From Chloroflexota bacterium (GTDB lineage Bacteria; Chloroflexota; Dehalococcoidia; UBA2979): a stretch of DNA of 64,000 nt. A program made the position numbers and the translations under genes. The DNA lies in assembly GCA_027593235.1 (NCBI GenBank), contig JAQCIU010000014.1, positions 1 to 64,000 of the forward strand, given 5' to 3'. Below are positions 48,314 to 58,566 of the stretch, piece by piece. Within the stretch, counting starts at the first letter, position 1. Each line of letters starts with the position of its first letter. A model generated the notes under the pieces. The model was not told where the DNA came from and made no database searches. It saw only the letters and a program-made list of their open reading frames with translations.

Positions 48314-49525
48314 GTGGTGACGGTGGCAACGTTTGATCCGTTCCGCGCGTCCTACCTCGACAATCCGTACCCGTCGCTGGCCCGCTTGCGGGTGGAGGAT
48401 CCGGTCCACCGCTCCAGCCTGATCGAGGGCTGGGTGGTCTCCAGACACAGCGACGCGCGCGATCTGCTGCGCGACAACGTGCACTTCAGTAACGACCCAA
48501 CGACCGCATCCGCCGGGCTGGGCACGCACGTCGCGGAGAGCCGACGGCGCTCGCCGATCGGCCATGCGCCACTGCTCGGCAGCTCCGATCCGCCCGTGCA
48601 CACGCGGCTGCGATCGATCGTCTCGAAGCTCTTCACCCCGCGAATTGTCGAGGCCGCCCGACCGCGCATCCGCGCGATCATCGAGGAGCTGATCGAAGCC
48701 GTGGAGGCGGAGCCGCGCACCGATTTCATGGCGTCGTTCGCACAGCCGCTGCCGGTGTACATCGTCGGCGCGCTGCTCGGCCTCAGTTCCGAGGAGCAAG
48801 GCCCCGTCCGCGAATGGACGCGCGCGCTGATGCGCGTGGTCGGTGGCGGCGAGCTGCCGCCCTCGGCGTACCGCGAAGCCGATGTCGCGTCGAAGGAACT
48901 CCGCGCGTTCCTCGATCGCTACTCCGACACGCACGAGGGCGGCACGATCCTCTCCGAGATCGTGGCGGCGCAGGCCAACCCGGATCGGCTGTCGCCGGAC
49001 GAGGCCGTCGCCTTCGTCACGTTCCTCTACCAGGCCGGCGGCGGCCCGACCGCGATGATGCTCGGCAACGTGATGCTCGCGCTGTTGAGCCACCCCGATC
49101 AGTGGCAACGGCTGCGCGACGATCCGACGCTGGCGCGCTCCGCGCTGATCGAATCGTTGCGCTGGGACAGCGCGACGCACCTGCTGCTCCGCTTCGCGCT
49201 CGAAGAAACGACGATCGGGCGCCGGACCGTCGCTCCCGGCGAAACGGTGTTCGCGCATGTCGTCGCGGCGCACCGCGACCCCGAGGTCTTCACGGACCAC
49301 GATCGCTTCGACATCACGCGCGGCGTCGACACCGGCGACATCCTCTCCTTCGGGATCGGACCGCACTTCTGCCTCGGCCAGCCGCTGGCGTTGATCCAGG
49401 GTGAGGAGCTACTGTAGGTGATCGTCGAACGGCTGCCCGCGATCGCGCTGCCGCGCGACGGGCTGACGAGGGCACAAGAGCTGCTGCTGCGCGGCCCCGC
49501 GCGCCTCGAATTGACGTTGCGCTAG
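48314..49525 (+). pseudogene. Cytochrome P450 with an in-frame TAG at 49415-49417
   Basis: DPPVHTRLR, ESLR, RDP..F and FGIGPHFCLG motifs; the frame continues after TAG as VIVERLP...LRGPARL to TAG 49523-49525, abutting the comB ATG. Confidence 0.85.
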
Positions 49526-50284
49526 ATGCGCGTCGACGTCGCAATCGTCCCGCCCACGGAGGCGCCGCGCGATCAGACATGCCTGGTCGTCGACGTGTTG
49601 CGTGCGACCTCGGTGCTCGCGGTGCTGCTGGAGCGGGGCATCGAGGCGATCTACCCGACCGCGACGATCGAGGACGGACTGGCGCTACGCGCGACGCTCG
49701 TCGCCGAGGGCAACCGGGTCTTCCTACTCGGGGAACGGGACAGCCTCCCGCCCGCGGGCTTCGACGCCGGCAACTCCCCGACCGCCCTCGAGCGTGCCGA
49801 GCTGCGGGGACTGATCGCGGTCCAGGCCACCTCGAACGGAACGCCCGCGCTGCTTGCGTGCGTCGGTGCGCCACTGGTGATGCCGGCGGCCGTCCTCAAC
49901 GCAGCGGCGGTGACCGACGCGGCGATCGCGGCCGACCGCGACGTGCTGATCGTCTGCGCCGGGCTGCGTGGCGGCTTCGGCGAAGACGACGTGCTGGCCG
50001 CCGGGCTGCTCGCGAATCGGCTGGTCGCGGCGGGCGCCACCCCAGGAGGACCGGAGGCCCGTGACGCCCTCGCGCGTTACGCCGTCGCTCGCGCGGATCT
50101 CGCAGCCGCGTTCCGGCTGACCGAGCACGGCGCGATCACCGTCGAGCGTGGCTTCGACGACGACATCGTGCTTTGCGCGACAGCGGACCGGTACCACGGC
50201 GTGGCGGCGCTCGGCGAAGAGGCCGGTCGGCCGGTGCTTCGCCCGATCGCCCCGAACGCCGCGAAGACGCCGGGCGCGCGCTAG
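49526..50284 (+). CDS. comB: 2-phosphosulfolactate phosphatase-family protein
   Basis: VVDVLRATS, GER, GFDAGNSP, TSNGT and CAG....EDD..AG motifs. Confidence 0.9.
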   Translation: MRVDVAIVPPTEAPRDQTCLVVDVLRATSVLAVLLERGIEAIYPTATIEDGLALRATLVAEGNRVFLLGERDSLPPAGFDAGNSPTALERAELRGLIAVQATSNGTPALLACVGAPLVMPAAVLNAAAVTDAAIAADRDVLIVCAGLRGGFGEDDVLAAGLLANRLVAAGATPGGPEARDALARYAVARADLAAAFRLTEHGAITVERGFDDDIVLCATADRYHGVAALGEEAGRPVLRPIAPNAAKTPGAR

Positions 50285-50326
50285 CACGCTGCCAACGCCG
50301 GACCACGGGTTGAGGTCGAGCCTGGA

Positions 50327-52048
50327 CTAGAGCTGGGTTGGCGTGCCCGCGGCGCCGCTCGGGCCACCTGGCCCGCCGCCGGAACGCATCCGCTTGTAAG
50401 TCTCGCGCCCACGCTTCACACGCTGCGCGAACTCGTCGGCGGGATCGACCGGACGTGGCACGCGCGGCGGGCGAATCTGTTCCAGTTGATCGCGGAGCTC
50501 CTCGGACGGCGGGTGCGACTTCTCCCATTCCGCCAGCTCGGCGGCCCAGCGGCGCACCTGATCGGGATCGGCCTCGTGGCCGCCGTATCGCGCGGCATCG
50601 AAGGCCTCGGCGATCTCGCGGAAGACCGGCGCCTCGAGCACGATCCCAGAGGCGGTCGAGTATTCCAACGGCGTCTCGGAGCGGCGCCGTTCGAATCCGC
50701 GATCCTCCGCGTCAACGACGCTGCGGCCGTAGACGCCGTAGATCGGGCGCAGCGCGAACCAGCCCTCGTGAGCGCCGCCGTGCCCGCGACGGATCAGGTT
50801 GCGCAGCAGGCCACCGAGGCCGGAGCCACCGCCGGAGTCGCTACGGAACTCGTCGAACTCGTCCTCCGGCGTGCTGTCGCGGCGATCGAGGAGCGCGCGA
50901 CCACCACGGTAGGACAGCCAGACGAGGGCCACGAAGATCAGCACCTTCAGCACGTCGAGCGGCCAGCGCGGGAGGATGAAGTCGTCCTGCTCTTGCCCCT
51001 CCGCAAGGTTCTCGGGCTCGATAAAGTTCTGCGGCACCTCGAGGTCCAACAGCCGCTCGGCCAGCGCGTCCGGGATCAGGAAGTCGATGATCGGCACGAG
51101 GATCCAGAAGATCGGTGTGAGGATGATGATCAGCAGCCACTCGACGATCCCGCCGATCGAATCGCCAACGAACGCGATGAACCGCGTCACATCGAGCAAA
51201 GCGAGCAGGCCGAAGGACACCGCGATCACACCGAGCAACAACAGCGTCGCGGTGACCGAGACGCCCCAGGCGCCGAGTCGTTCGCGGCCCTCGGCGGGGA
51301 GTGCGGCCCGCTCACCATTCGCGACGGCGAGCGCCAGCAGGCCAAGCATGAAGTACGGCACGGAGTAGACCGCGAGCTGGCCAACGTCGTTCAGCCGCGC
51401 CAGTACCAGCGAGCCGAGGATGATCGCGAAGCCGATGCCAAACGATCGCAGCACGTGCTCGAAACGCACGATGCGACGCCCGGCGTAGAGGAAGCGCAGC
51501 CAGGCCGCGAGCATCCCGACGAAGGTCATCACGATCGCGGTCCCGCCGCCGATCACCACGCCACCGCGATCGACGACCGCCTGGAAGTTGGCGCCGCTGG
51601 AGACGTAGGACTGCGGGTCATCGAGGAAGCTGGCGAGCCCCTGGTTCTGCCAGACGAGCAGGTCCTGCGCGAAGGTGACGTGCAGGAGCACGTTCAGGCC
51701 GATCACGGACGCCAGTACCAGTGCGATCGCGCCCAGCGTGCCGCCCAGCTTGAGCTGGACCAGACCGCGCATCAGCCAGAAGCCGCCGAACCCCGCCAGC
51801 ATCACCACCCAGATGCTGGGACCGGCGGTCGCCGACTCCGCTCGCGAGGCGAGAAGCTGGACCACCTCCCGCGCGCGATCGGGGTCGCTGAAGTCGCCAG
51901 CGGCGTTCCGGAAGCTCAGCTCGCGCGAGAGCTGCCTGAGGTAACCGCGTTCGCCAATCGTCGCGACAACGGTGATCGCGACGAACCAGGCGATCGTCTC
52001 CATCGCCACGTAGAGCGTGTCCAGCAGGTTCCGCTGCCAGTTGGTCAT
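50327..52048 (-). CDS. Multi-pass membrane protein with C-terminal DUF4129-like domain
   Basis: About 10 TM helices, then Y..., RRRSETPLEY and FDAARYG. Confidence 0.75.
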   Translation of the reverse strand: MTNWQRNLLDTLYVAMETIAWFVAITVVATIGERGYLRQLSRELSFRNAAGDFSDPDRAREVVQLLASRAESATAGPSIWVVMLAGFGGFWLMRGLVQLKLGGTLGAIALVLASVIGLNVLLHVTFAQDLLVWQNQGLASFLDDPQSYVSSGANFQAVVDRGGVVIGGGTAIVMTFVGMLAAWLRFLYAGRRIVRFEHVLRSFGIGFAIILGSLVLARLNDVGQLAVYSVPYFMLGLLALAVANGERAALPAEGRERLGAWGVSVTATLLLLGVIAVSFGLLALLDVTRFIAFVGDSIGGIVEWLLIIILTPIFWILVPIIDFLIPDALAERLLDLEVPQNFIEPENLAEGQEQDDFILPRWPLDVLKVLIFVALVWLSYRGGRALLDRRDSTPEDEFDEFRSDSGGGSGLGGLLRNLIRRGHGGAHEGWFALRPIYGVYGRSVVDAEDRGFERRRSETPLEYSTASGIVLEAPVFREIAEAFDAARYGGHEADPDQVRRWAAELAEWEKSHPPSEELRDQLEQIRPPRVPRPVDPADEFAQRVKRGRETYKRMRSGGGPGGPSGAAGTPTQL

Positions 52049-53376
52049 GTCGCCGCTTCCGTCCGCTCGCGGGCCGGTCCAGCGGCCGGTTCGGGCGTCG
52101 GATCGGGGCGGTCGCCGGCGAGCACGGTGGTGGTGAGATCACCCAGTTCGCGCGCCAGCGCCGCCTCAAGCTCCTCCATCTGGGCGGCGACCTCGGAGAC
52201 CGGGATGCGGCCAAGGGCGGCGTCCCACGGAGCTTCGGAGGTCTTCACGATGTGCACGAAGTGGCCCTCACGACGGAGCCGGTGCAGCGTGGCGACCAGC
52301 TCCTCCGGCATCACGGCGGCGACGACCACCACCGTCGAGCCGGCGGGCAGCGCCCCCGTCGAGGCGCCCTCCAGTTCGCGCGCGAGGCTAGAGATCGTGA
52401 AGGCGCTGACCGCGGCAAGCGCCTCCAGCACCCTGTTCAGTCGATCCGGGTGCCGCCCCACGCCGAGGCGAATCGGGCGCCCCTGCCCGGGGAAGGCGCC
52501 GTTCGCGATCACGCCGACGGCGAGATCGGCCTCGTAGGCCCAGCGCGCCACCGAGGCGGCGACGGAGATGCCACGTTCGAGGACGATCGGATCGCTGCCC
52601 TGCCAGCTCCGCGCAAAGGTGCCGACGTTGAGCGCGACGACGATCGCCTGCGCGCGCGAGGGTTCGTACAACCTCGATTGGAGGCGCTGCACGCGGGCGG
52701 TGGCGTTCCAATCGATCCGCTTCATCGGGTCGCCGGGTTGGTAGTCACGGACGCCGACCACCCGCGAGGGATCCTCGTAAATGCGATTGCCCCCACGCAG
52801 CTCGCCGAAGGGACGGGCGCTGTCCAGGCCCAGCTCCGGCAGCGCGTAGGTCTGCGGGTACACCACCAGCGTCGTCGCCGGGATCTCCGGCGTCAGTTCC
52901 CGTTCGAAGAAGCCGAAGATGTCGCCGGAGCGCAGCCGGGTCGGCCCGATCCGGTAGTAGCCCCGCTTGGTCGCCTGCACCTCGACGGGCCATTCCAGGT
53001 GATCGTGACGGCCGAGGGCGGTGTTGCGCTGGAGGATGCTGACACCCGGAGTGCCGCCAGCGAAGGTGCGGCCGCGCGTCACCACCAGATCGCGCGGGAG
53101 TTGCTCACGCACCTCGATCCAGGGGACCGGGAACGCCTTGCGGTTCGCCAGGCGGATCGTGAGCACGGCCTTTTCGCCGACGAAGAGGCGGTGCTCGGAG
53201 ATCTCGCGTTCGTAGTGCACGTCCTCGAGCGAGATGCGTGCCCAGAGACGGCCGGCGGTGCTGCTTCCCAGCACGAGCATCCCGAGGATGATCACGACGG
53301 GCGAACTCGTGAGCAGCCCCACGCCGATCAGGATGGAGGATCCGAGCAGCCAGCTATCGTCGACGAGGGTCCGCAT
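52045..53376 (-). CDS. DUF58 protein
   Basis: RGYY.IGP, GDIFGF, LVVYP and GVRDYQPGDP.KRIDWNATAR motifs. Confidence 0.9.
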   Translation of the reverse strand: MRTLVDDSWLLGSSILIGVGLLTSSPVVIILGMLVLGSSTAGRLWARISLEDVHYEREISEHRLFVGEKAVLTIRLANRKAFPVPWIEVREQLPRDLVVTRGRTFAGGTPGVSILQRNTALGRHDHLEWPVEVQATKRGYYRIGPTRLRSGDIFGFFERELTPEIPATTLVVYPQTYALPELGLDSARPFGELRGGNRIYEDPSRVVGVRDYQPGDPMKRIDWNATARVQRLQSRLYEPSRAQAIVVALNVGTFARSWQGSDPIVLERGISVAASVARWAYEADLAVGVIANGAFPGQGRPIRLGVGRHPDRLNRVLEALAAVSAFTISSLARELEGASTGALPAGSTVVVVAAVMPEELVATLHRLRREGHFVHIVKTSEAPWDAALGRIPVSEVAAQMEELEAALARELGDLTTTVLAGDRPDPTPEPAAGPARERTEAAT

Positions 53377-53388
53377 TGGCGGCCGGTC

Positions 53389-54405
53389 TCAGCGTGCGTC
53401 CGCGATCGGAACGACGACCTCGGCGACCACTTCGTCGAGCACCTCATCGGTGGCCCGACCGCGCAGGCGGGTGTTCGAGTTGAGGACGAGCCGGTGCGCG
53501 AGCACCGGATGCGCGAGCGTCTTCACGTCGTCCGGCCGCACGTAGTCACGCCCGTGGATCGCCGCCCAACCGCGCGCGGCGCGGAAGAGCGCCAGTGAGG
53601 CGCGCGGGCTGGCACCCAGATCGAACGCCTCGTGGCGACGGGTGGCACGGCAGAGCTGCACTGCGTAGCGGGCGACCGCTTCCTCGACGTGAATCGCGGA
53701 GAGCATCGCGCCCAGCCGCGTCAACTCCTCGGCGTCGATCACCGCGCCGAGGTCGTCGAGCGGAGAAGAGTCCTCGAAGCGATGGACGATCGCGAGTTCG
53801 TCGGCCTCGCTCGGGTAGCCGAGCTTCATCCGCACGAAGAAACGGTCGAGCTGCGCCTCCGGGAGCGGGAAGGTGCCCTCGAGCTCCACAGGGTTCTGCG
53901 TCGCGAGCACGATGAACGGATTGGGCAGCGGCTTGGTGATCCCGTCGACCGTGATCGTGCGCTCCTCCATCGCCTCCAGGAGCGCGGACTGGGTGCGCGG
54001 GGTGGCGCGGTTGATCTCGTCGGCGAGCACGATGTTCGCGACGATCGGACCGGGGCGGTACTCGAACTCGCCGCTCTTCTGTGAGTAAAAGTTGATGCCG
54101 ACGACGTCCGAGGGCATCAGGTCCGGCGTGAACTGGATCCGATGGAAGCTGGCGCCGATCGACTTCGCCAACGTGCGCGCCGTCGTCGTCTTGCCGGTGC
54201 CGGGCACGTCCTCGAGGAGCACGTGGCCGCGGTTGAGCAGCGCGACGAGCAGCAGATCGACGGCGTCATCGGCACCCACCACTACGCGCTGCACGTTCTC
54301 ACGCACGCGATCGGCGGCAGCCTGGATCGCGGTCGCCGCAGCGGCCCCATCCGCCCGCGAGGGCGCGGCGGACGCGGCCTGGCCCTCGGTGGTCACATCG
54401 ACCAC
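53389..54405 (-). CDS. moxR: MoxR-family AAA+ ATPase
   Basis: HVLLEDVPGTGKT, RIQFTPDL.PSD, ADEINRA and ATQNP.E.EGTFPLPEAQLDRF motifs. Confidence 0.95.
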   Translation of the reverse strand: MVDVTTEGQAASAAPSRADGAAAATAIQAAADRVRENVQRVVVGADDAVDLLLVALLNRGHVLLEDVPGTGKTTTARTLAKSIGASFHRIQFTPDLMPSDVVGINFYSQKSGEFEYRPGPIVANIVLADEINRATPRTQSALLEAMEERTITVDGITKPLPNPFIVLATQNPVELEGTFPLPEAQLDRFFVRMKLGYPSEADELAIVHRFEDSSPLDDLGAVIDAEELTRLGAMLSAIHVEEAVARYAVQLCRATRRHEAFDLGASPRASLALFRAARGWAAIHGRDYVRPDDVKTLAHPVLAHRLVLNSNTRLRGRATDEVLDEVVAEVVVPIADAR

Positions 54406-54570
54406 GGTGTTCCCCCTGCTTCATCCCCGTGAAAGTCGTGCGAGCGTAGCAGACCGGTTCGCCCGCCGAGCCATCCGCGCAGCTACCCGCCGCAGCGCTG
54501 CAACCAACGCGCCCGTACACTGCCCTCGACCCCGGTCACTGCCGAGGCGAGCAGGAACGAGGCACGGACC

Positions 54571-55020
54571 ATGGGAGGCGATTCGGACGGAACGGCATCG
54601 CCGAATGGGCGGGCCGAAGAAATCGGCGCGCGGCGCGCGGTCCTGATCGAGCTCCTCGCGGAGCTGCCGGAGACCCGGCTCTCGAAGCCAACGACGCGCC
54701 ATGGTTGGACGCTTCGCCACGAACTCGCCTGGCTCGCAGCGGCGGACGCGGAGCTACTCCAGCGCCTGGAACTGACCTCCGGCGCGAACAACGATGAGCC
54801 GCACTGGCGCCGGGTGCGCGGGGAAGCGATGCACGCCGCGCAAGAGATGCGCCTGGCGGCGCTGCGCGAACACCTCGCAACCAGCGGCGGCCTGGTCGCG
54901 ACGAGCCTCACGAAGCACGCCGCGCGCCTGAACGACCCGATGATCCGCGCAGCGCTGGAGACCCACCGCGGGCACGGTGACTCGGCGACCGCCGCGCTTC
55001 GCGAGATGCTCGCGAAGTAG
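54571..55020 (+). CDS. DinB/MDMPI-like helical protein
   Basis: GWTLRHELAWLA resembles the DinB-superfamily GWTxxDxxxH motif; HRGH near the C-terminus. Confidence 0.5.
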   Translation: MGGDSDGTASPNGRAEEIGARRAVLIELLAELPETRLSKPTTRHGWTLRHELAWLAAADAELLQRLELTSGANNDEPHWRRVRGEAMHAAQEMRLAALREHLATSGGLVATSLTKHAARLNDPMIRAALETHRGHGDSATAALREMLAK

Positions 55021-55177
55021 CCGCCCGCCGCCTGACGGCCGACCTGGCGTCAGAACCCGACACCGCGGTCCGGCACCATGACCTCGGAGCCGCGCGTCGC
55101 TTTACCTCGCAGGTAATTGGCACGATGACCTTCGGCCCCCACGCTGTCAGCAACGAGTCGAGTGGAGGTGAGCCGTT

Positions 55178-55507
55178 GTGCGACGCATCTACCTGATCGC
55201 GGCGATTGTTGGCGCGATCGCCCCGTATGCCTTCTTCGTGAGCTTCGTTGCCGACGAGGGCGTCGGGTTGCCGACGTTCGTCCGCGCCGTGTTCGCCAAC
55301 GGCGCGGCGGGCGGATTCGCGACGGATCTGCTGATCAGCTCCGCGGTGTTCTGGAGCTACATGTTCAGCCGCCGCGACGGCCCGAATCCGTGGCCGATCG
55401 TCGCCGTGAACCTGCTGATCGGCCTCTCCTGCGCGCTCCCGCTCTACCTGTACCAGGCGAGTGGATCGGCCTCGAACGGCGCGGTGTCGAGGTCGCGCGC
55501 CGGCTAG
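55178..55507 (+). CDS. DUF2834-like membrane protein
   Basis: FAN....F..DLLI and IGLSCALPLYL motifs; GGAGG RBS. Confidence 0.75.
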   Translation: MRRIYLIAAIVGAIAPYAFFVSFVADEGVGLPTFVRAVFANGAAGGFATDLLISSAVFWSYMFSRRDGPNPWPIVAVNLLIGLSCALPLYLYQASGSASNGAVSRSRAG

Positions 55508-55655
55508 CGCTCCGCCGCGGCAGCGCGCCGATCCCGAGGGCTGTCGGGCCTCGGCTGCGCCCCTGCGCTGCCGGCAACGAAATCCGATCAGCGCCTACAT
55601 GGGCACCCCCGCCACTGGTACGCTTTGGGGCAGTGAAACGGGGGTTTGCTGCGTT

Positions 55656-57143
55656 ATGACATTCACACGGCAGCCAAACGAGCAGACCGACTCGATCCAG
55701 GATCGCCTGGCTATCCCTCGTCAGCAGGTCCCGAAGCAGCAACCGCGCGAGCGCGTCCAGAACTTCGAGGAAACCTACCTCCCGATGCACCTCGACGCCG
55801 CGATCATCGAGGCCGCGCGCTGCATCGATTGCCCCTCGGCGCCGTGCATGTCGGCGTGCCCGGTGCACAACGACATCCCCGGCGCGCTCAAGCTGCTGGA
55901 GGATGGCGACATCCTCGGTGCGGCGAACAAGTTCCGCGAGACCTCCACCCTGCCGGAGATGTGCGGCCGGCTCTGCCCGCAGGAGTCGCTCTGCGAGGGT
56001 GACTGCGTCGTCGGGTTCGCGATCCGACCGGATGGGATCAAGCAGGCGCCGGTCGCGATCGGCCGCCTGGAATCGTTCATCACCGACTCGCAGCGTGCAC
56101 AGCTCGGCGGCTTTCCGAAGCAGCAGGCCGGTCCGTCCACCGGCCGTCGCGTTGCGATCGTGGGGAGCGGCCCCGCCGGACTCACCGTTGCCGAGGAGCT
56201 GGAGCTTCGCGGCCACCACTGCACGGTCTTCGACATGTGGCCCGAGCCCGGCGGCGTACTCCGCTACGGCATCCCGAACTTCAAGATGAAGAAGGAGCTG
56301 CTCGAAGAGAAGCTGGACGCGCTGCGCGATCTGGGCGTCGAGTTCACGAACAACACCAAGATCGGCACCGACGTGACGCTCCAGGAGCTGCACGACGACC
56401 TCGGCTACGACGTGATCTTCGTCGGGACCGGCGCCGGCGTCGGCAACATGATGCGCATCGAGGGCGAAGAGCTCGGCAACATTTACCAGGCGACGGATTT
56501 CCTCGTGCGCGGGAACCTGGAGCCGGACGAGCTGCCGGAGCACCAGCGCGAACGCCCGGCGGTCGGCGACAACTGCGTCGTAATCGGCGGCGGCGACACC
56601 TCGATGGACTGCGTGCGCACGGCGGTCCGCCTGGGCGCGCAGAACGTCACCTGCGTCTACCGGCGCACAGAGAACGAGATGCTTGGCCGCGCCGAAGAGC
56701 GCACGCACGCCCGCGAGGAAGGCGTCGAGTTCGCCTACCTCACGACCCCTGTTCGCTTCATCGGCGACGACGACGGCAACGTCGCGGCGGTTGAGCTGGT
56801 GAAGATGGAGCTGAGCGAGCCGGACGACAGCGGACGCCGTCGCCCGGTAGTGATCGAGGGCTCCAACTACACCGTGCCGGCAAGTGCTGTCGCGATCGCC
56901 ATCGGCTACGGCGCGGACCCGGAGTTCGCGGAGACGTCGCCGATTTCGACCAACCGCTGGCACCTCATCGAGGTCGACCACCGCACCGGCCAGACCAACA
57001 TTCCCTATGTCTTCGCCGGTGGCGACGTCGTTCAGGGCGCGGACCTGGTGGTCACCGCAATCGCCGATGGCAAGCGCGCGGCCACCTGGCTGCACACCTA
57101 CCTCTCCGGCCTCAACGCGATGGCCGCCGAAGAACGCAGCTAG
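55656..57143 (+). CDS. GltD/NfnB/SudA-like NAD(P)-dependent Fe-S flavoprotein
   Basis: CIDCPSAPCMSACP, CGRLCPQESLCEGDC, GSGPAG, YGIP.F, GGGDT.MD and FAGGD motifs. Confidence 0.9.
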   Translation: MTFTRQPNEQTDSIQDRLAIPRQQVPKQQPRERVQNFEETYLPMHLDAAIIEAARCIDCPSAPCMSACPVHNDIPGALKLLEDGDILGAANKFRETSTLPEMCGRLCPQESLCEGDCVVGFAIRPDGIKQAPVAIGRLESFITDSQRAQLGGFPKQQAGPSTGRRVAIVGSGPAGLTVAEELELRGHHCTVFDMWPEPGGVLRYGIPNFKMKKELLEEKLDALRDLGVEFTNNTKIGTDVTLQELHDDLGYDVIFVGTGAGVGNMMRIEGEELGNIYQATDFLVRGNLEPDELPEHQRERPAVGDNCVVIGGGDTSMDCVRTAVRLGAQNVTCVYRRTENEMLGRAEERTHAREEGVEFAYLTTPVRFIGDDDGNVAAVELVKMELSEPDDSGRRRPVVIEGSNYTVPASAVAIAIGYGADPEFAETSPISTNRWHLIEVDHRTGQTNIPYVFAGGDVVQGADLVVTAIADGKRAATWLHTYLSGLNAMAAEERS

Positions 57144-57320
57144 TCCGAGACGCACGCACCGCCGCCAGGCCTCCTGCCTCGAGGTGCGTCCCGAGGTCTG
57201 GGGCGGCACCCGCCCTCGACAGTCTCGCGAGCTGAGCGGGGGTGCGGTCGGCTGTCAGCCCAACGTCCCGCGCTCTGCTATCGTCTCCGCCGAGTCGCCC
57301 AGCCACCGAGGAGTCCCTGC

Positions 57321-58553
57321 ATGCGCGCCGAAATCATCTCGATCGGTACCGAGATCATGCTCGGCGAAATCACGGATACCAACGCCGCGTTCATCGCCTC
57401 CCAGCTCCCGGAATTCGGCATCGATCTGCTCTGGGTGTCTCAGCTCGGCGACAACCCGGACCGGCTGCGTGAGACCTTCAATCGCGCCTGGGAACGCTCC
57501 GACATCATCTTCACCACCGGCGGGCTCGGCCCAACCCAGGACGACCTCACCCGCGAGATGGTCGCCGGCGCGCTGGGCGAAGAACTGTACCGCGACGCGG
57601 ATCAGGAATCGCACCTGCGCCAGATGATGGAGTCTCGAGGGCGCACGATGCCCGAGAGCAATCTGAAGCAGGCGAACCTGATCGCCTCGGCGCGCGCGAT
57701 CTCCAACCCGCGCGGCACCGCCCCCGGCTGGTGGGTAGAGCGCGACGGCAAGATCTTTGTCGTGATGCCCGGACCACCGTCCGAAATGACGCGGATGTGG
57801 GAGCACGAGGTCGTCCCGGAACTGGATAAGCGCGCCGAGGGCATCCTGGTATCGCGCACGCTCAAGACCACCGGAATCGGCGAGGGATCTGTCGACGAGA
57901 TGCTGTCGCCGCTGCTCGCCGGGACGAACCCCTCGATCGGCATCTACGCGCGCCGCGATGGCGTGCACGCGCGCATCTCCGCCAAGGCCGCGACCCGCGA
58001 GGAGGCGTGGCACCTGATCCACCCGGTGGAGGACGAGGCACGGCGCATCCTCGGCGCGTCGGTCTGGGGCATCGACGAAGATACGCTCGAGGCGGCAATC
58101 GGCCGGATGCTAATCGAGCGTGGGCTCACCCTCGGCGCGATGGAGTCGGCGACGGGCGGCGCGATCGCCGACACGATCACCAACGTCTCGGGCTCCTCGG
58201 AGTACTTCAAAGGCAGCCTGGTCACGTACGCCACGCAGGCGAAGATCGCGATGGGCGTCCCCGCGGAGATCGTGGCGATGCACGGCGTGATCTCCCGCGA
58301 GGTCGCCGAGGCGATGGCCGACGCGGCCCGCGCCCGCCTGGAAACGGACCTCGGCATCGGCATCACCGGCATCGCCGGCAATGAGGAGGTCGAGGGCCAG
58401 CCCCCCGGCACGATGCACATTGCTCTTTCCGACGGCGAGCACATCGAGTACTCCCACTCGCAGTACTACCAGGGTCGCGAAGCCGCCAAGCGGCGCGCCG
58501 CGCTGATGGCGCTGACGATGCTCCGCCGCTACCTGATGGCAGAGCGCGTCTGA
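57321..58553 (+). CDS. cinA: Competence/damage-inducible protein (MocF-like plus PncC domains)
   Basis: IGTE..G...DTN, TGGLGPTQDDLT, GTAPG, ESATGG and ITGIAG motifs. Confidence 0.92.
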   Translation: MRAEIISIGTEIMLGEITDTNAAFIASQLPEFGIDLLWVSQLGDNPDRLRETFNRAWERSDIIFTTGGLGPTQDDLTREMVAGALGEELYRDADQESHLRQMMESRGRTMPESNLKQANLIASARAISNPRGTAPGWWVERDGKIFVVMPGPPSEMTRMWEHEVVPELDKRAEGILVSRTLKTTGIGEGSVDEMLSPLLAGTNPSIGIYARRDGVHARISAKAATREEAWHLIHPVEDEARRILGASVWGIDEDTLEAAIGRMLIERGLTLGAMESATGGAIADTITNVSGSSEYFKGSLVTYATQAKIAMGVPAEIVAMHGVISREVAEAMADAARARLETDLGIGITGIAGNEEVEGQPPGTMHIALSDGEHIEYSHSQYYQGREAAKRRAALMALTMLRRYLMAERV

Positions 58554-58566
58554 GGCGCAGCGAGGC

